From Spirochaetia bacterium (GTDB taxonomy: Bacteria; Spirochaetota; Spirochaetia; SZUA-6; Bin103), in the NCBI GenBank assembly GCA_965203905.1, contig CBDBDQ010000005.1, positions 3,552,001 to 3,616,000 of the forward strand: 64,000 nt of DNA, read 5' to 3'. Under the pieces are notes generated by a model. That model was not told the origin of the DNA and ran no database searches. It saw nothing but the letters and a program-made list of their open reading frames with translations. Of the stretch, positions 47,780 through 57,924 are shown piece after piece. Each line of letters starts with the position of its first letter. Position 1 is the first letter of the stretch. The position numbers and the translations under genes were made by a program.

Positions 47780-49534
47780 ATGCACGACTTGGCAATCCGC
47801 AACGGCCGCATCATCGACGGCAGCGGCAGCCCGGAGTTCGCGGGCGACATCGGCATCGACGGCGATACCATCACCGCGGTTGGCGGCGACGTAGGGACGG
47901 CGCGGCGCGACATCGAGGCCGGCGGCAAGCTGGTGGTACCGGGCTGGATCGACATCCACACCCACTTCGACGCCCAGGTGTCGTGGGATCCTTACCTCAC
48001 GCCCTCGTGCTGGAACGGGGTGACCACGGTGGTGATGGGCAACTGCGGGGTCGGCTTCGCCCCGGTGCGGCCCAAGGATCGCGACTGGCTGATGGACCTG
48101 ATGGACGCGGTGGAGGACATTCCCGCCGTCGCCATGTCCGCGGGCATGACCTGGAGCTGGGAGACGTTTCCCGAGTACCTGGACGCGATCGACGGCCAGC
48201 CGCGCATCATGGACGCGCTTACCCAGGTGCCGCACTGCGCCCTGCGCACCTACGTCATGGGGGAGCGCGGCGCCGAGGACATCCAGCCGACCGCCGACGA
48301 GCTGGCCACGATGCAGCGGCTGGTGCGGGAAGCGGTGCAGGCCGGCGCCTTCGGCACCTCGTCCAACCGCCTGCTGGCCCATCGTACGCGCGAGGGGGAA
48401 CTGATCCCCGGCACCCTGGCGCGCTACCCGGAGCTGGAGGCGATCGCCAACGGCATGAGCGAGGCGGGCGGCGGCGTGTTCCAGTTCGTGGGCCGCTTCG
48501 AGCGCGAATGGCTGTTCTCGATCGCCAGGACCAAGGGGATCACCGTGACCCAGCTCGCGAGTGAGGGCCTGGAGGAGCGCCTCGACGGGCTGCAGGAGCG
48601 GGTCACAGCGGAGGGGCTGCGCATCTTCCCGCAGGTGCGCGGCCGCGGCACGATGATCCTGCTCAATCTGGAGGGGTCGCTGCATCCGTGGGTGCTGAAC
48701 CTCGCCTATCGTGAGCTGGTCGGGGACCTGCCGCTGCCGGAGAAGCTGCGCCGCATGCGCGATCCCGCGGTGCGCGCCCGCATCCTGGCCAGCGAGTGGG
48801 ACCTCAGCAGGGACGCCCGGCGCAACCGCGCGGACGATGCCGATCACCCGTTCCTGGCCGATGCCACCCCCGGCAGCCTGCTGCCCGGCCTGCTGGAACT
48901 GATGCTCAGCGAGCCGGAGGCGGTGTTCATTTTGGGCGACCCGCCCGACTACGAGCCGGAGGAGTCCGCCAGCGTCGCCGCCTACGCGCGCCGCCGCGGC
49001 ATCGGCAACGCGGAGGCCTTCTACGATCTGCTGACCGAGGGCGACGGCGACACCCTGCTGATCTACTACCTGGACGGCTACGCGCGGCGCAACTTCGACT
49101 ACATGGCCGACCTGATGCGCCATCCGCTGACGCGCAACGGGCTCAGCGACGCCGGCGCCCACGTCGGCGCCGTGAGCGACGCCCACATGCCGAGCTGGAA
49201 CCTGGCCTTCTGGGGCCGTGACCGCAGCCGTGGCGCCACCGTCCCGCTGGAGACGATCGTCTACAAGCAGACGCGAGGCAACGCCGAGGTGTACGGCCTG
49301 CACGACCGCGGCCTGCTGCGGCCCGGACTGCGCGCCGACCTGAACGTGATCGACTACGACCGGCTGGCGTCGCCGGCCCCGTACGTGGTGTACGACCTGC
49401 CGGAGAACGCGCGCCGCTTCATGCAGCGCCCGCAAGGCTACTGCGCCACCCTCTGCGCCGGTCAGGTGGTGCTGGAAGAGGACGAGGTGACCGGCGCGCT
49501 GCCCGGCCGGCTGGTGCGCCGCAGGCGGCAGTAG
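47780..49534 (+). CDS. N-acyl-D-amino-acid deacylase-family amidohydrolase
   Basis: PGWIDIHTHFD, GNCGVGFAP, LSDAGAH, GLRADLNVID. Confidence 0.92.
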   Translation: MHDLAIRNGRIIDGSGSPEFAGDIGIDGDTITAVGGDVGTARRDIEAGGKLVVPGWIDIHTHFDAQVSWDPYLTPSCWNGVTTVVMGNCGVGFAPVRPKDRDWLMDLMDAVEDIPAVAMSAGMTWSWETFPEYLDAIDGQPRIMDALTQVPHCALRTYVMGERGAEDIQPTADELATMQRLVREAVQAGAFGTSSNRLLAHRTREGELIPGTLARYPELEAIANGMSEAGGGVFQFVGRFEREWLFSIARTKGITVTQLASEGLEERLDGLQERVTAEGLRIFPQVRGRGTMILLNLEGSLHPWVLNLAYRELVGDLPLPEKLRRMRDPAVRARILASEWDLSRDARRNRADDADHPFLADATPGSLLPGLLELMLSEPEAVFILGDPPDYEPEESASVAAYARRRGIGNAEAFYDLLTEGDGDTLLIYYLDGYARRNFDYMADLMRHPLTRNGLSDAGAHVGAVSDAHMPSWNLAFWGRDRSRGATVPLETIVYKQTRGNAEVYGLHDRGLLRPGLRADLNVIDYDRLASPAPYVVYDLPENARRFMQRPQGYCATLCAGQVVLEEDEVTGALPGRLVRRRRQ

Positions 49535-49540
49535 CAGCCC

Positions 49541-50782
49541 TTGGCGCAACACCGGCTGCATTCGAGCGGCGCCGCTCTCGGTGCGACGCCGGGTTTCGCC
49601 ACGGCAGGACGGCGCCGGATCGACGCGGCGGAGCGGCGCGCGCGTCTGGCGATGCGCCATCATCTGGCGTCGCCGGGCGCTGCGGTGGAGACGGTGGCGG
49701 CGAGCCTGGTGGGGCTCCACTCCAGCGATCCGGCGACGGTCTATCTGGCGGCCCGCGCGCGGGTAGCCGGGTTCCAGGTCGGACACCTGGAGAAGGCGCT
49801 CTATGAAGCACGCTCGCTGGTGCGGGTACTGGGCATGCGGCGCACCATGTTCGTGGTGCCGCCCGACCTGGCGGCGGTGGTCGACGCCGCCTGCACCCGC
49901 GCCCTGGCGCCGGCCGAACGGCGCCGGATGGAGCGGCTGCTGAGCGAGCAGGGCATCGCCGCAGACGCGGCCGGCTGGCTGGCGGACGTGGAGCGGCGTA
50001 CCCTGGACGCCCTCGTCGCGCGCGGCCAGGCCACCGCCGCCGAGCTGACCGGGGAGGTGCCGGAGCTGGCGTGCAAGCTCAGCTTCGGAGCCGGGCGCAA
50101 GTGGGCCGGCACGGTGGGCGTCTCCACCCGGGTCCTGTTCCTGCTGGCCACCGAGGGCCGCATCGTGCGCGCCCGGCCGCGGGGATCGTGGCTCTCCAGC
50201 CAGTACCGGTGGGCGCCCGCGGCGGCGTGGCTGGAGGGCGGTCTCGGCACCCTCGAGCCCGAGGCCGCCCGTGCCGAGCTGCTGCGCCGCTGGCTGGCGG
50301 CGTTCGGGCCCGGCACCATGACCGACCTCACCTGGTGGACCGGCTGGAGCGCCCGCCAGGTGCGGGCAGCGTTGGCCGTGGTGGAAGCGGCGGAGGTGGA
50401 GCTGGACGAGGGTACCGGCTTCGTGGGCGCGGGTGACCTGGAGCCGGTGTCGGAGTGCGGCCCATGGGTGGCGTTGCTGCCGGCGCTGGACCCGACGGTG
50501 ATGGGGTGGAAGGAGCGCGCCTGGTACCTGGGCGACCACCAGGCGCAGTTGTTCGACCGCAATGGCAACGCCGGGCCGACCGTCTGGCTGGACGGCCGCA
50601 TCGTGGGAGGCTGGGCCCAGCGTCCCGACGCCAGCGTGGCGGTGGAGCTGTTGGAGGGCCTGCCGCCGGAGGCGCGGGAGCGGGTCTCCGCCGAGGCGGA
50701 GCGAGCGCAGGCGTGGCTCGGCGGAACCGTGGTCACCCCGCGCTTCCGCACGCCGCTGGAGCGGCGGCTGGCGGCCTCGTAG
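49541..50782 (+). CDS. HTH_42 / AlkZ-like DNA glycosylase family protein
   Basis: GLHSSDP, GMRRTMF, WLAAFGPGT, LLPALDP, VWLDGRIVGGW; start codon uncertain. Confidence 0.85.
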   Translation: MAQHRLHSSGAALGATPGFATAGRRRIDAAERRARLAMRHHLASPGAAVETVAASLVGLHSSDPATVYLAARARVAGFQVGHLEKALYEARSLVRVLGMRRTMFVVPPDLAAVVDAACTRALAPAERRRMERLLSEQGIAADAAGWLADVERRTLDALVARGQATAAELTGEVPELACKLSFGAGRKWAGTVGVSTRVLFLLATEGRIVRARPRGSWLSSQYRWAPAAAWLEGGLGTLEPEAARAELLRRWLAAFGPGTMTDLTWWTGWSARQVRAALAVVEAAEVELDEGTGFVGAGDLEPVSECGPWVALLPALDPTVMGWKERAWYLGDHQAQLFDRNGNAGPTVWLDGRIVGGWAQRPDASVAVELLEGLPPEARERVSAEAERAQAWLGGTVVTPRFRTPLERRLAAS

Positions 50783-50785
50783 GCC

Positions 50786-50824
50786 AAAGAAAAGCGGCGC
50801 TCGGGTCAGCCCCTTGCGCCGCTT
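50786..50824 (-). terminator. Intrinsic terminator after the YceI-family gene
   Basis: AAGCGGCGC (50792-50800) / GCGCCGCTT (50816-50824) with a T-rich tail on the minus strand, between convergent genes. Confidence 0.65.
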
Positions 50825-50851
50825 CGCGATGAGTCGCCGGGGAGCGGCGCG

Positions 50852-51439
50852 CTACATGCTCTCCATGATGAACTCGCCGTTCACCTCGATCTCGACCTCG
50901 TCGGCTACGACCAGCCCACCGGTGTCGAGCGTCCTGCTCCAGGACACGCCGTAGTCATGGCGGTCGATGGTGAGACTGCCGGCGAAGCCGACGACCGTGT
51001 TGCCCATGGCCATCACGGGACCGACGATCTCGATCGGCATCTCGACCTGATGGGTGACACCACGGATGGTCAGGTTGCCGTGCAGCACGTGCTCGCCGCC
51101 CATCGTGCTCAGCTTCGAGCTCTCGAAGGTGATCGTGGGATGGTTGGCGACGTCCAGGAAGTCGGAGCTGCGCAGATGATTGTCGCGCTGATCGTTGTTG
51201 GTGTCGATGCTGGCCGCCTGGATGGTAGCCATCACCGTGAACGTCGACATGTCATCGGGATCGACCTCAAGGGTGGCGTCGAAGTCGGTGAACGTACCGG
51301 TGGTCTTGGCGATCACCATGTGCTTGACGCGGAAGCCTACGTTGGTGTGGGGGTGGTCCACCTTGAACTTGGCGGCGAACAGGGGCTGGACTGCCAGCAT
51401 GGCGGCCAGCGCGACGAGAATCAGGAACTTGCGGGGCAT
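50852..51439 (-). CDS. yceI: YceI-family secreted lipid/polyisoprenoid-binding protein
   Basis: Signal peptide; VGFRVKHM, SIDTNNDQRDNHLRSSDF, GNLTIRGVT. Confidence 0.92.
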   Translation of the reverse strand: MPRKFLILVALAAMLAVQPLFAAKFKVDHPHTNVGFRVKHMVIAKTTGTFTDFDATLEVDPDDMSTFTVMATIQAASIDTNNDQRDNHLRSSDFLDVANHPTITFESSKLSTMGGEHVLHGNLTIRGVTHQVEMPIEIVGPVMAMGNTVVGFAGSLTIDRHDYGVSWSRTLDTGGLVVADEVEIEVNGEFIMESM

Positions 51440-51624
51440 AGGATGCTCCTTTGGTGAGGTTTTTGTACGAGCGCAGAGTAACCCAGGCGCCCGCTCCAAA
51501 TCAATGACGCGCCGCGGGAGCCGGTTCTTACCCCGTTTCGTACCGGCTTGCCGAGCAACGGCGAAGCGCGCACGGGTGACGCTGGTGCGCACCACTTTCA
51601 AGCCGCTGCGATCGGCTCCCGGCG

Positions 51625-52695
51625 CTACGCCTCAAGTGCCCTGGTACGCAGGGGTTGCAGGCCGAGGCCGGTGGCGAGCTCGTCGAGCTGCGACACCGTG
51701 CCCTCGTCCAGGGGCAACCCCTCGTGCCGCCGCACCGCGGCGGTGCGCAACTCCGGTTCACCGGGCAACAGGATCTCCTCGACGCCGGGTTTGCGGGCCG
51801 AGGACTTCAGCAGCGCGAAGTACTCCTGCTGCAACGCCTCCATGGCGGCACGGCCGCCCAGTGCCTCGGGGTCGGCGGCCCACAGGGTGAAGTTGTTGGA
51901 GAAACCGGCACGGCGGTCACGTGCGGCCCCGGCGTGGCCGCCGGCGAGCATCGCTCCGACCAGATCGACGATTACCGACATGCCGTAGCCCTTGTGGCCC
52001 ATGTCGGCGCCGAGCGGCAGCATGGAGCCGCCGTCGTAAAAGTCCTCGGGGCGGGTGGAAGGGTGCCCCTCGCGGTCCAGGATCTGGCCGGGAGGCAGTT
52101 CCTTGCCGGCGAAGCGCGCCACCCGCACCTTGCCCTCGGCGGTGACGCTGGTGGTGCAGTCGAGCACCACGGGGTCGCCGGCGGTAGGCACGGCCACCGC
52201 GATCGGGTTGGTGGACAGCATCGGCGTGGTGCCGCCCCAGGGCGCCACGATGCCGGCGCCGCGACCGCTGCAGAACACCTGGCCCACCAGCCCGGCGGCC
52301 GCCATCCGCAGGGCGTAGACGCCGGCGCGGCCGACGTGGTTGGCGTTGCGCACCCCCACCACCGCGGTGCCGCGGGCTTGCGCCTTGGCGATCGCCAGCT
52401 CGGTGGCCGCCAGCCCGGCGACCTGGCCGAACACCGCCGTGGCGTCGAGCACCGCCGTCGTGGCGGTGTCCCGAACCGTCTGCGGCGTGGCCTTGGGATC
52501 GATTCCGCCCTGCTCGATGGCGTCGGTGTACTGCAGCAGGCGATGCGCCCCGTGGGAATCATGACCGGCCAGGTTCGAGTCGATCAGGTGATCCGCTACC
52601 GCGGTGCAGTGACTCGGCGGCGCTCCGGCGGCGGCAAGCACTTCGCGGGCAAAGGCATGCAGGGTGTCGTAGGAAAAACGTGCTTCGTGTGCCAT
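51625..52695 (-). CDS. Ldh_2-family (malate/L-lactate/sulfolactate) oxidoreductase
   Basis: GHDSHG, NHVGRAG, STNPIA, GHKGYG, LLPGE. Confidence 0.92.
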   Translation of the reverse strand: MAHEARFSYDTLHAFAREVLAAAGAPPSHCTAVADHLIDSNLAGHDSHGAHRLLQYTDAIEQGGIDPKATPQTVRDTATTAVLDATAVFGQVAGLAATELAIAKAQARGTAVVGVRNANHVGRAGVYALRMAAAGLVGQVFCSGRGAGIVAPWGGTTPMLSTNPIAVAVPTAGDPVVLDCTTSVTAEGKVRVARFAGKELPPGQILDREGHPSTRPEDFYDGGSMLPLGADMGHKGYGMSVIVDLVGAMLAGGHAGAARDRRAGFSNNFTLWAADPEALGGRAAMEALQQEYFALLKSSARKPGVEEILLPGEPELRTAAVRRHEGLPLDEGTVSQLDELATGLGLQPLRTRALEA

Positions 52696-52816
52696 TGGTG
52701 GTCCGTCGCCGGATGGTAGCACGGATCCGCAACCAACGGTCGCGAACGGTAGCGGTCCGCGGAGCTGCCGGGTCTCTCCAGACCGGCGCACTGGACTGGT
52801 ATATGATCGCCGTCAC

Positions 52817-54787
52817 GTGGCGGCGAAGGGCGACGATAACCGTTCCGAACGTGGCTCTGCGTTCGACTCGTGGGAGCCGATCGCGGCCGACGACGAGGCG
52901 ATCCGGGCGGCGTTGGAGCACGCCAACGTACCCGCCCTGCTGGTCGCCCTCGCCCAGCACACCGGCGACCTCTCGCTGTTGCGGGGCGAGATCCGGCCGC
53001 GCTCCGTCTGGGGCGACGCACAGATGGGGCTCACCGAGGCGCAGCAGGAGCAGGTGCGGGCCCGCGCCTGCGAAATTCTCGCCGCCCGCCGCGACGGCAG
53101 CCTGCGCCCGGCGCCCGCGCCCGCCCCGGACCAGTTGCACGAGATGGCGAGCTTCCTCGTCGGGCAGGCGGTGGGCGCAGACTACGTCGAGTTCCTGGTG
53201 ACCGAGCTCGGCCTCGCCGGCCACGATCCCGGCACCGCCCGTGGGCTGCGCGAGCTGCCCGCCGAGCGGCGTGACGGGTTCCACGTGGCGGTGATCGGCG
53301 CCGGCATGTCCGGCATCCTGGCGGCGCATCGCCTGCAGCAGGCGGGAATCTCCTACACCGTGCTGGAGAAGAACGCCGCCGTGGGCGGCACCTGGCTCGA
53401 CAACACCTATCCCGGCTGCCGCGTCGACACGCCCAATCACGCCTATTCCTACTCCTTCGCGCCGCAGGACTGGCCGCAGTTCTTTTCCTCCCAGCCGGTG
53501 CTGCTGGACTACTTTGGAAAATGCGCCACCGAGTTCGGGATCCGCGACCGGATCCGCTTCGGCACCGAGGTGGAGCGCCTCCGCTTCGACGATGCCAGCC
53601 AGACCTGGACGGTCCACACCCGGGACCGGTCGGGCGAGCGGCGCCCGCCGCTGCGAGCCAACGCCGTGATCAGCGCCGTGGGCCAACTCAACCGTCCCCG
53701 GCTGCCGGACCTCCCGGGACGCGATACCTTCCGCGGCACGGCCTTTCACACCGCACGCTGGGACCACGCGGCACAGCTCGCCGGCAAGCGCGTGGCCGTG
53801 ATCGGCACCGGCGCCTCGGCGTTCCAGGCGGTGCCGGAGATCGCCCCGTCGGTGACGGAGCTGTTCCTGTTCCAGCGTACGCCGCCGTGGGTCAATCCGC
53901 GTCCCGAATACCAGCGCGAGGTTCCCGCCGGCAAGCACTGGCTGTTGCGCTGCGTCCCCCACTACGCGCAGTGGTTTCGCCTGCTGCAGTTCTGGCTCAC
54001 CGCCGAGGGCGCGCTGGCCTACGTGTACCGGGACGAGGGGTGGGACGAAGCGGGCAGCATCGGAGCCGCCAACCGCAAGCTGCGCCGCATGCTGGTCAGA
54101 CACGCCAGGAAGGCTCTGGGAGACGATCCGGAGCTGCTGGAGAAGTGCATCCCCGACTATCCCCCGGCCGGGAAGCGGATGCTGTACGACGACGGCACCT
54201 GGTTCCGGACCCTCAGGCGCTCCAACGTGCACCTGGTCACCGACCCGATCGCGCGTCTCTCCGAGACCGGCGTCGTCACCGCCGGAGACGGCGACGAGGA
54301 GAGCTACGACGTCGACGTGGTGATCTTCGCCACCGGCTTCCATACCACCGAGATGCTGCGCTCGATGAGCGTGACCGGCCGCGGCGGGGTGCGCCTGGAG
54401 GATGTCTGGCAGGACGATCCGCGCGCCTATCTCGGCATCACCGTACCGCGCTTCCCCAACCTGTTCTGCATGTACGGGCCGAACACCAACGTGGTGGTGA
54501 ACGCCAGCATCATCGTGTTCTCGGAGTGCGAGATCCACTACGTCATGGACTGCCTCCGGCACCTGCTGGCGTCGGAACGGCGCAGCATGGAGTGCCGGCA
54601 GGAGGTGCACGACGCCTACAACCGCCGCATCGACGCCGGCAACGCGCGCGCCGCCTGGGGGGCGCCGCGGGTGCGTAGCTGGTACCGGAACGCGCACGGG
54701 CGGGTGACCCAGAACTGGCCGTTCAGCGTGCTGGAGTTCTGGCAGCAGACCCGCTCCGCCGATCCGGCCGACTACCACTGGCGCTAG
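52817..54787 (+). CDS. Baeyer-Villiger monooxygenase, 4-hydroxyacetophenone monooxygenase-like
   Basis: GAGMSG, GGTWLDNTYPGCRVD, FRGTAFHTARWD, GTGASA, ATGF; N-terminal extension. Confidence 0.92.
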   Translation: MAAKGDDNRSERGSAFDSWEPIAADDEAIRAALEHANVPALLVALAQHTGDLSLLRGEIRPRSVWGDAQMGLTEAQQEQVRARACEILAARRDGSLRPAPAPAPDQLHEMASFLVGQAVGADYVEFLVTELGLAGHDPGTARGLRELPAERRDGFHVAVIGAGMSGILAAHRLQQAGISYTVLEKNAAVGGTWLDNTYPGCRVDTPNHAYSYSFAPQDWPQFFSSQPVLLDYFGKCATEFGIRDRIRFGTEVERLRFDDASQTWTVHTRDRSGERRPPLRANAVISAVGQLNRPRLPDLPGRDTFRGTAFHTARWDHAAQLAGKRVAVIGTGASAFQAVPEIAPSVTELFLFQRTPPWVNPRPEYQREVPAGKHWLLRCVPHYAQWFRLLQFWLTAEGALAYVYRDEGWDEAGSIGAANRKLRRMLVRHARKALGDDPELLEKCIPDYPPAGKRMLYDDGTWFRTLRRSNVHLVTDPIARLSETGVVTAGDGDEESYDVDVVIFATGFHTTEMLRSMSVTGRGGVRLEDVWQDDPRAYLGITVPRFPNLFCMYGPNTNVVVNASIIVFSECEIHYVMDCLRHLLASERRSMECRQEVHDAYNRRIDAGNARAAWGAPRVRSWYRNAHGRVTQNWPFSVLEFWQQTRSADPADYHWR

Positions 54788-54802
54788 CCGGAGCGCCCGT
54801 AC

Positions 54803-56587
54803 TCAGCCGGAGCCGGCCTCCGGGCGGGTGACGCGCAGCAGGACTCCCGGCTCCGGATCCGCCACCCGCGACACCGCGCCGTCCGGCCACACCACCTCCA
54901 GGTGGTCCAGGTCGCCGGCAACCGCGTCGCCGAGGCCGAAGTGGACCCGCGCCGGGTCACTGGACAGGTAGCCGCTGCTGGCCCGCATCTCGCGCAGCAG
55001 GGTGCCGGTGGCCGTGTGCAGGCGCAGCACGGCACCCACGGCGCGGTTGTTGGCCACGCCCTCCTGGCGCAACTCCACCTCCAGGGCACCGCCGCCGCAC
55101 AGCCGGTTCTCGAACAGCAGCGAGGGCGCGGCCAGGTTGTTCACCACCACGTCCAGGTCGCCGTCGTTGTCCAGGTCGCCGAAGCTCATGCCGCGTCCGC
55201 TCTGGGTCGCGTTCAGGCCCCACTCCGGCGCCGGCACGAAGCGGCCGTCGCCGGTGTTGCGCAGCGCCTGGTTCTCCTCCACCAACTCGTCGCCGGGCAG
55301 ATGTGAAAAAATCTCGGCGGCGATCATGCCGTTGACCACGTACAGGTCGAGGTAGCCGTCGTTGTCCAGATCGCCGAACTGCGCCGACCAGCTCCAGCCG
55401 GTGGCGTCCACCCCGACCGTCTCGGCAGTGTCGACGAACGGTTCCGCGCCGTCCGCGGCGGGGCGCGCGTGCAGCACGTTGGCCGTGATCTGGACGCCGT
55501 CGTTGGGCTGCAGGTGGGCGGTCTCGGCCCACAGCGGTCCCCAGGCGGCGTCGGTGTTCTCGTCGCGCCGGTACGGCTTCATGTCGGTGGCCAGCAGCTC
55601 GTTGCGGCCGTCGTTGTCGATGTCGCCCTCGGCGAAGCTCATGGTGTTGACCGGCGTGCGCGTGAAGGGCTGCGCCTCGGTCCAGCCTGCGGGCGTGTTG
55701 AGGTAGACCATGTCGGGGGGTGAGAAGTCGTTGCCGATCAGGATGTCGCGCCGGCCGTCGCCGTCGAGATCGCCGAGATGGATCGCCAGGGCGTGCGTGT
55801 TTCGTCCCAGCCGCTCGAACTCCAGCAGGCCGGTGCCGTCGTTGCGGTAGAAGAACACCCCGCCGCCCACCACCAGGCCGTCGCGGAGGGCGCCCAGCTC
55901 GGCATCGTAGGATGCGCCCACCAGGTCCAGGTCGCCGTCGGCGTCGAGATCCGCCCAGGCGATGGCGTAGGCCGGAAACCAGGCCTGGAAGCGCTCATCC
56001 TCCATGCGCACGAAGCTGGGGCGCCCGCCGGTCGCGTCCGCCTCGGCGCGCCACCAGGAGGGCAGGCCGCCGGAGTGGGTGAACACCAGGTCGAGCAGGC
56101 CGTCGCCGTCCACGTCCACGGCGTTGACCGCGCGCGTCAGCGGCACCGCCAGATCGGCGCGCCGGAAGAACAGGTCGCCCTCGTTCCAGACCAGGGAGCT
56201 GGGGTTGTGCAGGCCGGCCAGGACGATGTCGATGCGGCCGTCGTCGTCCAGGTCGGCCAGCGCCACCCCGGCGCCGTTGCTCTCGAAGAAGCTGATGAAC
56301 TCGTCGGGCCCGCGGGTGTAGTGGGGCAGCGGCTGCGCGTCGAAGCGGCCGGTGCACGGCCGTGGGTCGGCGGTCAGCGGCCTGCTGCTCACCGAGACGG
56401 CTACGTCCGCGGTCAGCGCCGGCGGCACAGCGCAGAGGGCGCCCAGCCAAGCCGCGGCCAGGAGCAGGGCCAAGCGCCGCGCGGAGCACCGCGGCACAGC
56501 GCAGAGGGCGCCCAGCCAGGCCGCGGCCGGGAGCAGGCCCAGAAGCCGTGACGAACGCCGCGGCGCCGCCGGCAGTGGCAGTCGCAT
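54803..56587 (-). CDS. CRTAC1-like FG-GAP repeat / ASPIC-UnbV protein
   Basis: Multiple DxDxDGxxD repeats; C-terminal ASSGYLSSDPARVHFGLG...VVWPDG. Confidence 0.9.
   Translation of the reverse strand: MRLPLPAAPRRSSRLLGLLPAAAWLGALCAVPRCSARRLALLLAAAWLGALCAVPPALTADVAVSVSSRPLTADPRPCTGRFDAQPLPHYTRGPDEFISFFESNGAGVALADLDDDGRIDIVLAGLHNPSSLVWNEGDLFFRRADLAVPLTRAVNAVDVDGDGLLDLVFTHSGGLPSWWRAEADATGGRPSFVRMEDERFQAWFPAYAIAWADLDADGDLDLVGASYDAELGALRDGLVVGGGVFFYRNDGTGLLEFERLGRNTHALAIHLGDLDGDGRRDILIGNDFSPPDMVYLNTPAGWTEAQPFTRTPVNTMSFAEGDIDNDGRNELLATDMKPYRRDENTDAAWGPLWAETAHLQPNDGVQITANVLHARPAADGAEPFVDTAETVGVDATGWSWSAQFGDLDNDGYLDLYVVNGMIAAEIFSHLPGDELVEENQALRNTGDGRFVPAPEWGLNATQSGRGMSFGDLDNDGDLDVVVNNLAAPSLLFENRLCGGGALEVELRQEGVANNRAVGAVLRLHTATGTLLREMRASSGYLSSDPARVHFGLGDAVAGDLDHLEVVWPDGAVSRVADPEPGVLLRVTRPEAGSG
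56422..56537. repeat. 47-bp direct repeat, 69-bp period, duplicating the signal-peptide segment
   Basis: GCGGCACAGCGCAGAGGGCGCCCAGCCA(A/G)GCCGCGGCC(A/G)GGAGCAGG at 56422 and 56491. Confidence 0.85.
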
Positions 56588-57534
56588 CAGCGCTGGGCGA
56601 GCCACTCCTCGGAGTCGGCCTGCTCGGCGCGGGCGAACGCGGTGCGGATCGCCTCCACCTGCGCCGCGGATAAGTGTCCCTTTTCCGCCGCGGCGATGTT
56701 GGCGGCGACGTGGGCCGGGTTGGTGGTGCCGACGATCGCCGTGTGCACTCCCGGCTGCGACAGGGTGAAGCGCAGTGCCAGCTCCGCCCATGCCGCCTCC
56801 GGTGCGCCGCCGTCGGGATAGCCCAGCTCGTCCAGCGTCAGCCCCATGCCGGCGAGGCGCTGGTGGTAGATGCTGGAGTAGTCGCGGTAGAAGCCGGGCT
56901 GCTGCTCCGGATGCTTCCAGGCGGCGTTGGCGATGGGACGCTTGGCCAGCACCCCGAGATTGCGCCGCCGCGCCTCCGCCAGCACGCCGTCGATGTTGTG
57001 CTGGTCGGCGATGCTGATCGAGGTCTCGATCACCGCCACGTCGGGCTGCTCGGCAGCGTAGGTGGCGTCCTCGTTGTCGCCGGAGTAGCCGAGGAAGCGG
57101 ATCTTGCCCGCGGCCCGCGCCCGCCGCAGCGCCTCCAATGCCTCGCCGCGCTGCAGGACGTCGAGCTCGCAGGAGTGCAGCAGCATCACGTCGATGCGGT
57201 CGGTGCGCAACCGGCGCAGGGAGCGGTCGATGCTGGCGGCGATCAGCTCCGGCGACCAGGCCTCGCCGGTGGCGTCGCCCACCTTGGGGCCGCACTTCGA
57301 CACCAGCGTGTACTCGTCGCGGCGGTCACCGATGGCGCGGCCGATCGCCTCCTCGGAGTCGCCGTAGCCGGCGGCGGTGTCCACCAGGGCGACGCCGAGG
57401 TCGAGCAGCGCGCGGAGCAGCGGATCGCTGGCGGAGGCGGGCTCTCCGAGCAGGCCGAACGGTGCGCCGCCGAAGCCGACCGGCGTGGCCGGCAGGTCGG
57501 TGGCACCCAGGGAAATGCGTTCCATGGGCCGCAT
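56587..57534 (-). CDS. Aldo/keto reductase
   Basis: DTAAGYGDSEEAIG, SKCG, SLRRLRTDRIDVMLLH, GKIRFLGYS. Confidence 0.92.
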   Translation of the reverse strand: MRPMERISLGATDLPATPVGFGGAPFGLLGEPASASDPLLRALLDLGVALVDTAAGYGDSEEAIGRAIGDRRDEYTLVSKCGPKVGDATGEAWSPELIAASIDRSLRRLRTDRIDVMLLHSCELDVLQRGEALEALRRARAAGKIRFLGYSGDNEDATYAAEQPDVAVIETSISIADQHNIDGVLAEARRRNLGVLAKRPIANAAWKHPEQQPGFYRDYSSIYHQRLAGMGLTLDELGYPDGGAPEAAWAELALRFTLSQPGVHTAIVGTTNPAHVAANIAAAEKGHLSAAQVEAIRTAFARAEQADSEEWLAQR

Positions 57535-57598
57535 GGTGGCGTGCCCGCCGGGTAGCTGTCCAGGTGCCCCGGCGACAGACCGTGGCATACACTGGGGC

Positions 57599-57760
57599 AT
57601 GCTGATCGACGCCCACAACCACCCCAACTGGCACGGCCACGACGCCGACCGCATCCTGGCCGACATGGAGCAGCACGGCATCGACCTGATGTGGCTGTTC
57701 GACACGCTGGAGGTGTACCGCTTCTGCGGCGAGCACAAGCTGCCGATCACCTTCCAGCGA
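57599..57760 (+). pseudogene. Amidohydrolase_2-family remnant
   Basis: MLIDAHNHPNW...ADMEQHGIDLMWL, apparent internal deletion, then YRFCGEHKLPITF; breaks off at the composition change. Confidence 0.65.
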
Positions 57761-57924
57761 CGTATGATCAAACGGCGCAAGTCAGACTCTGGTTTTCGAA
57801 CCGACTGCCTGGCAGCTTCAGGATGGCCTAGACGGCCGAGACCAGTCGTCTTGACTGTCTGCACAATGCTGCCTTAGAGTATCGCCATATCACGTTGCCT
57901 TAGCGCACTCCTAGGAGCTATGTC

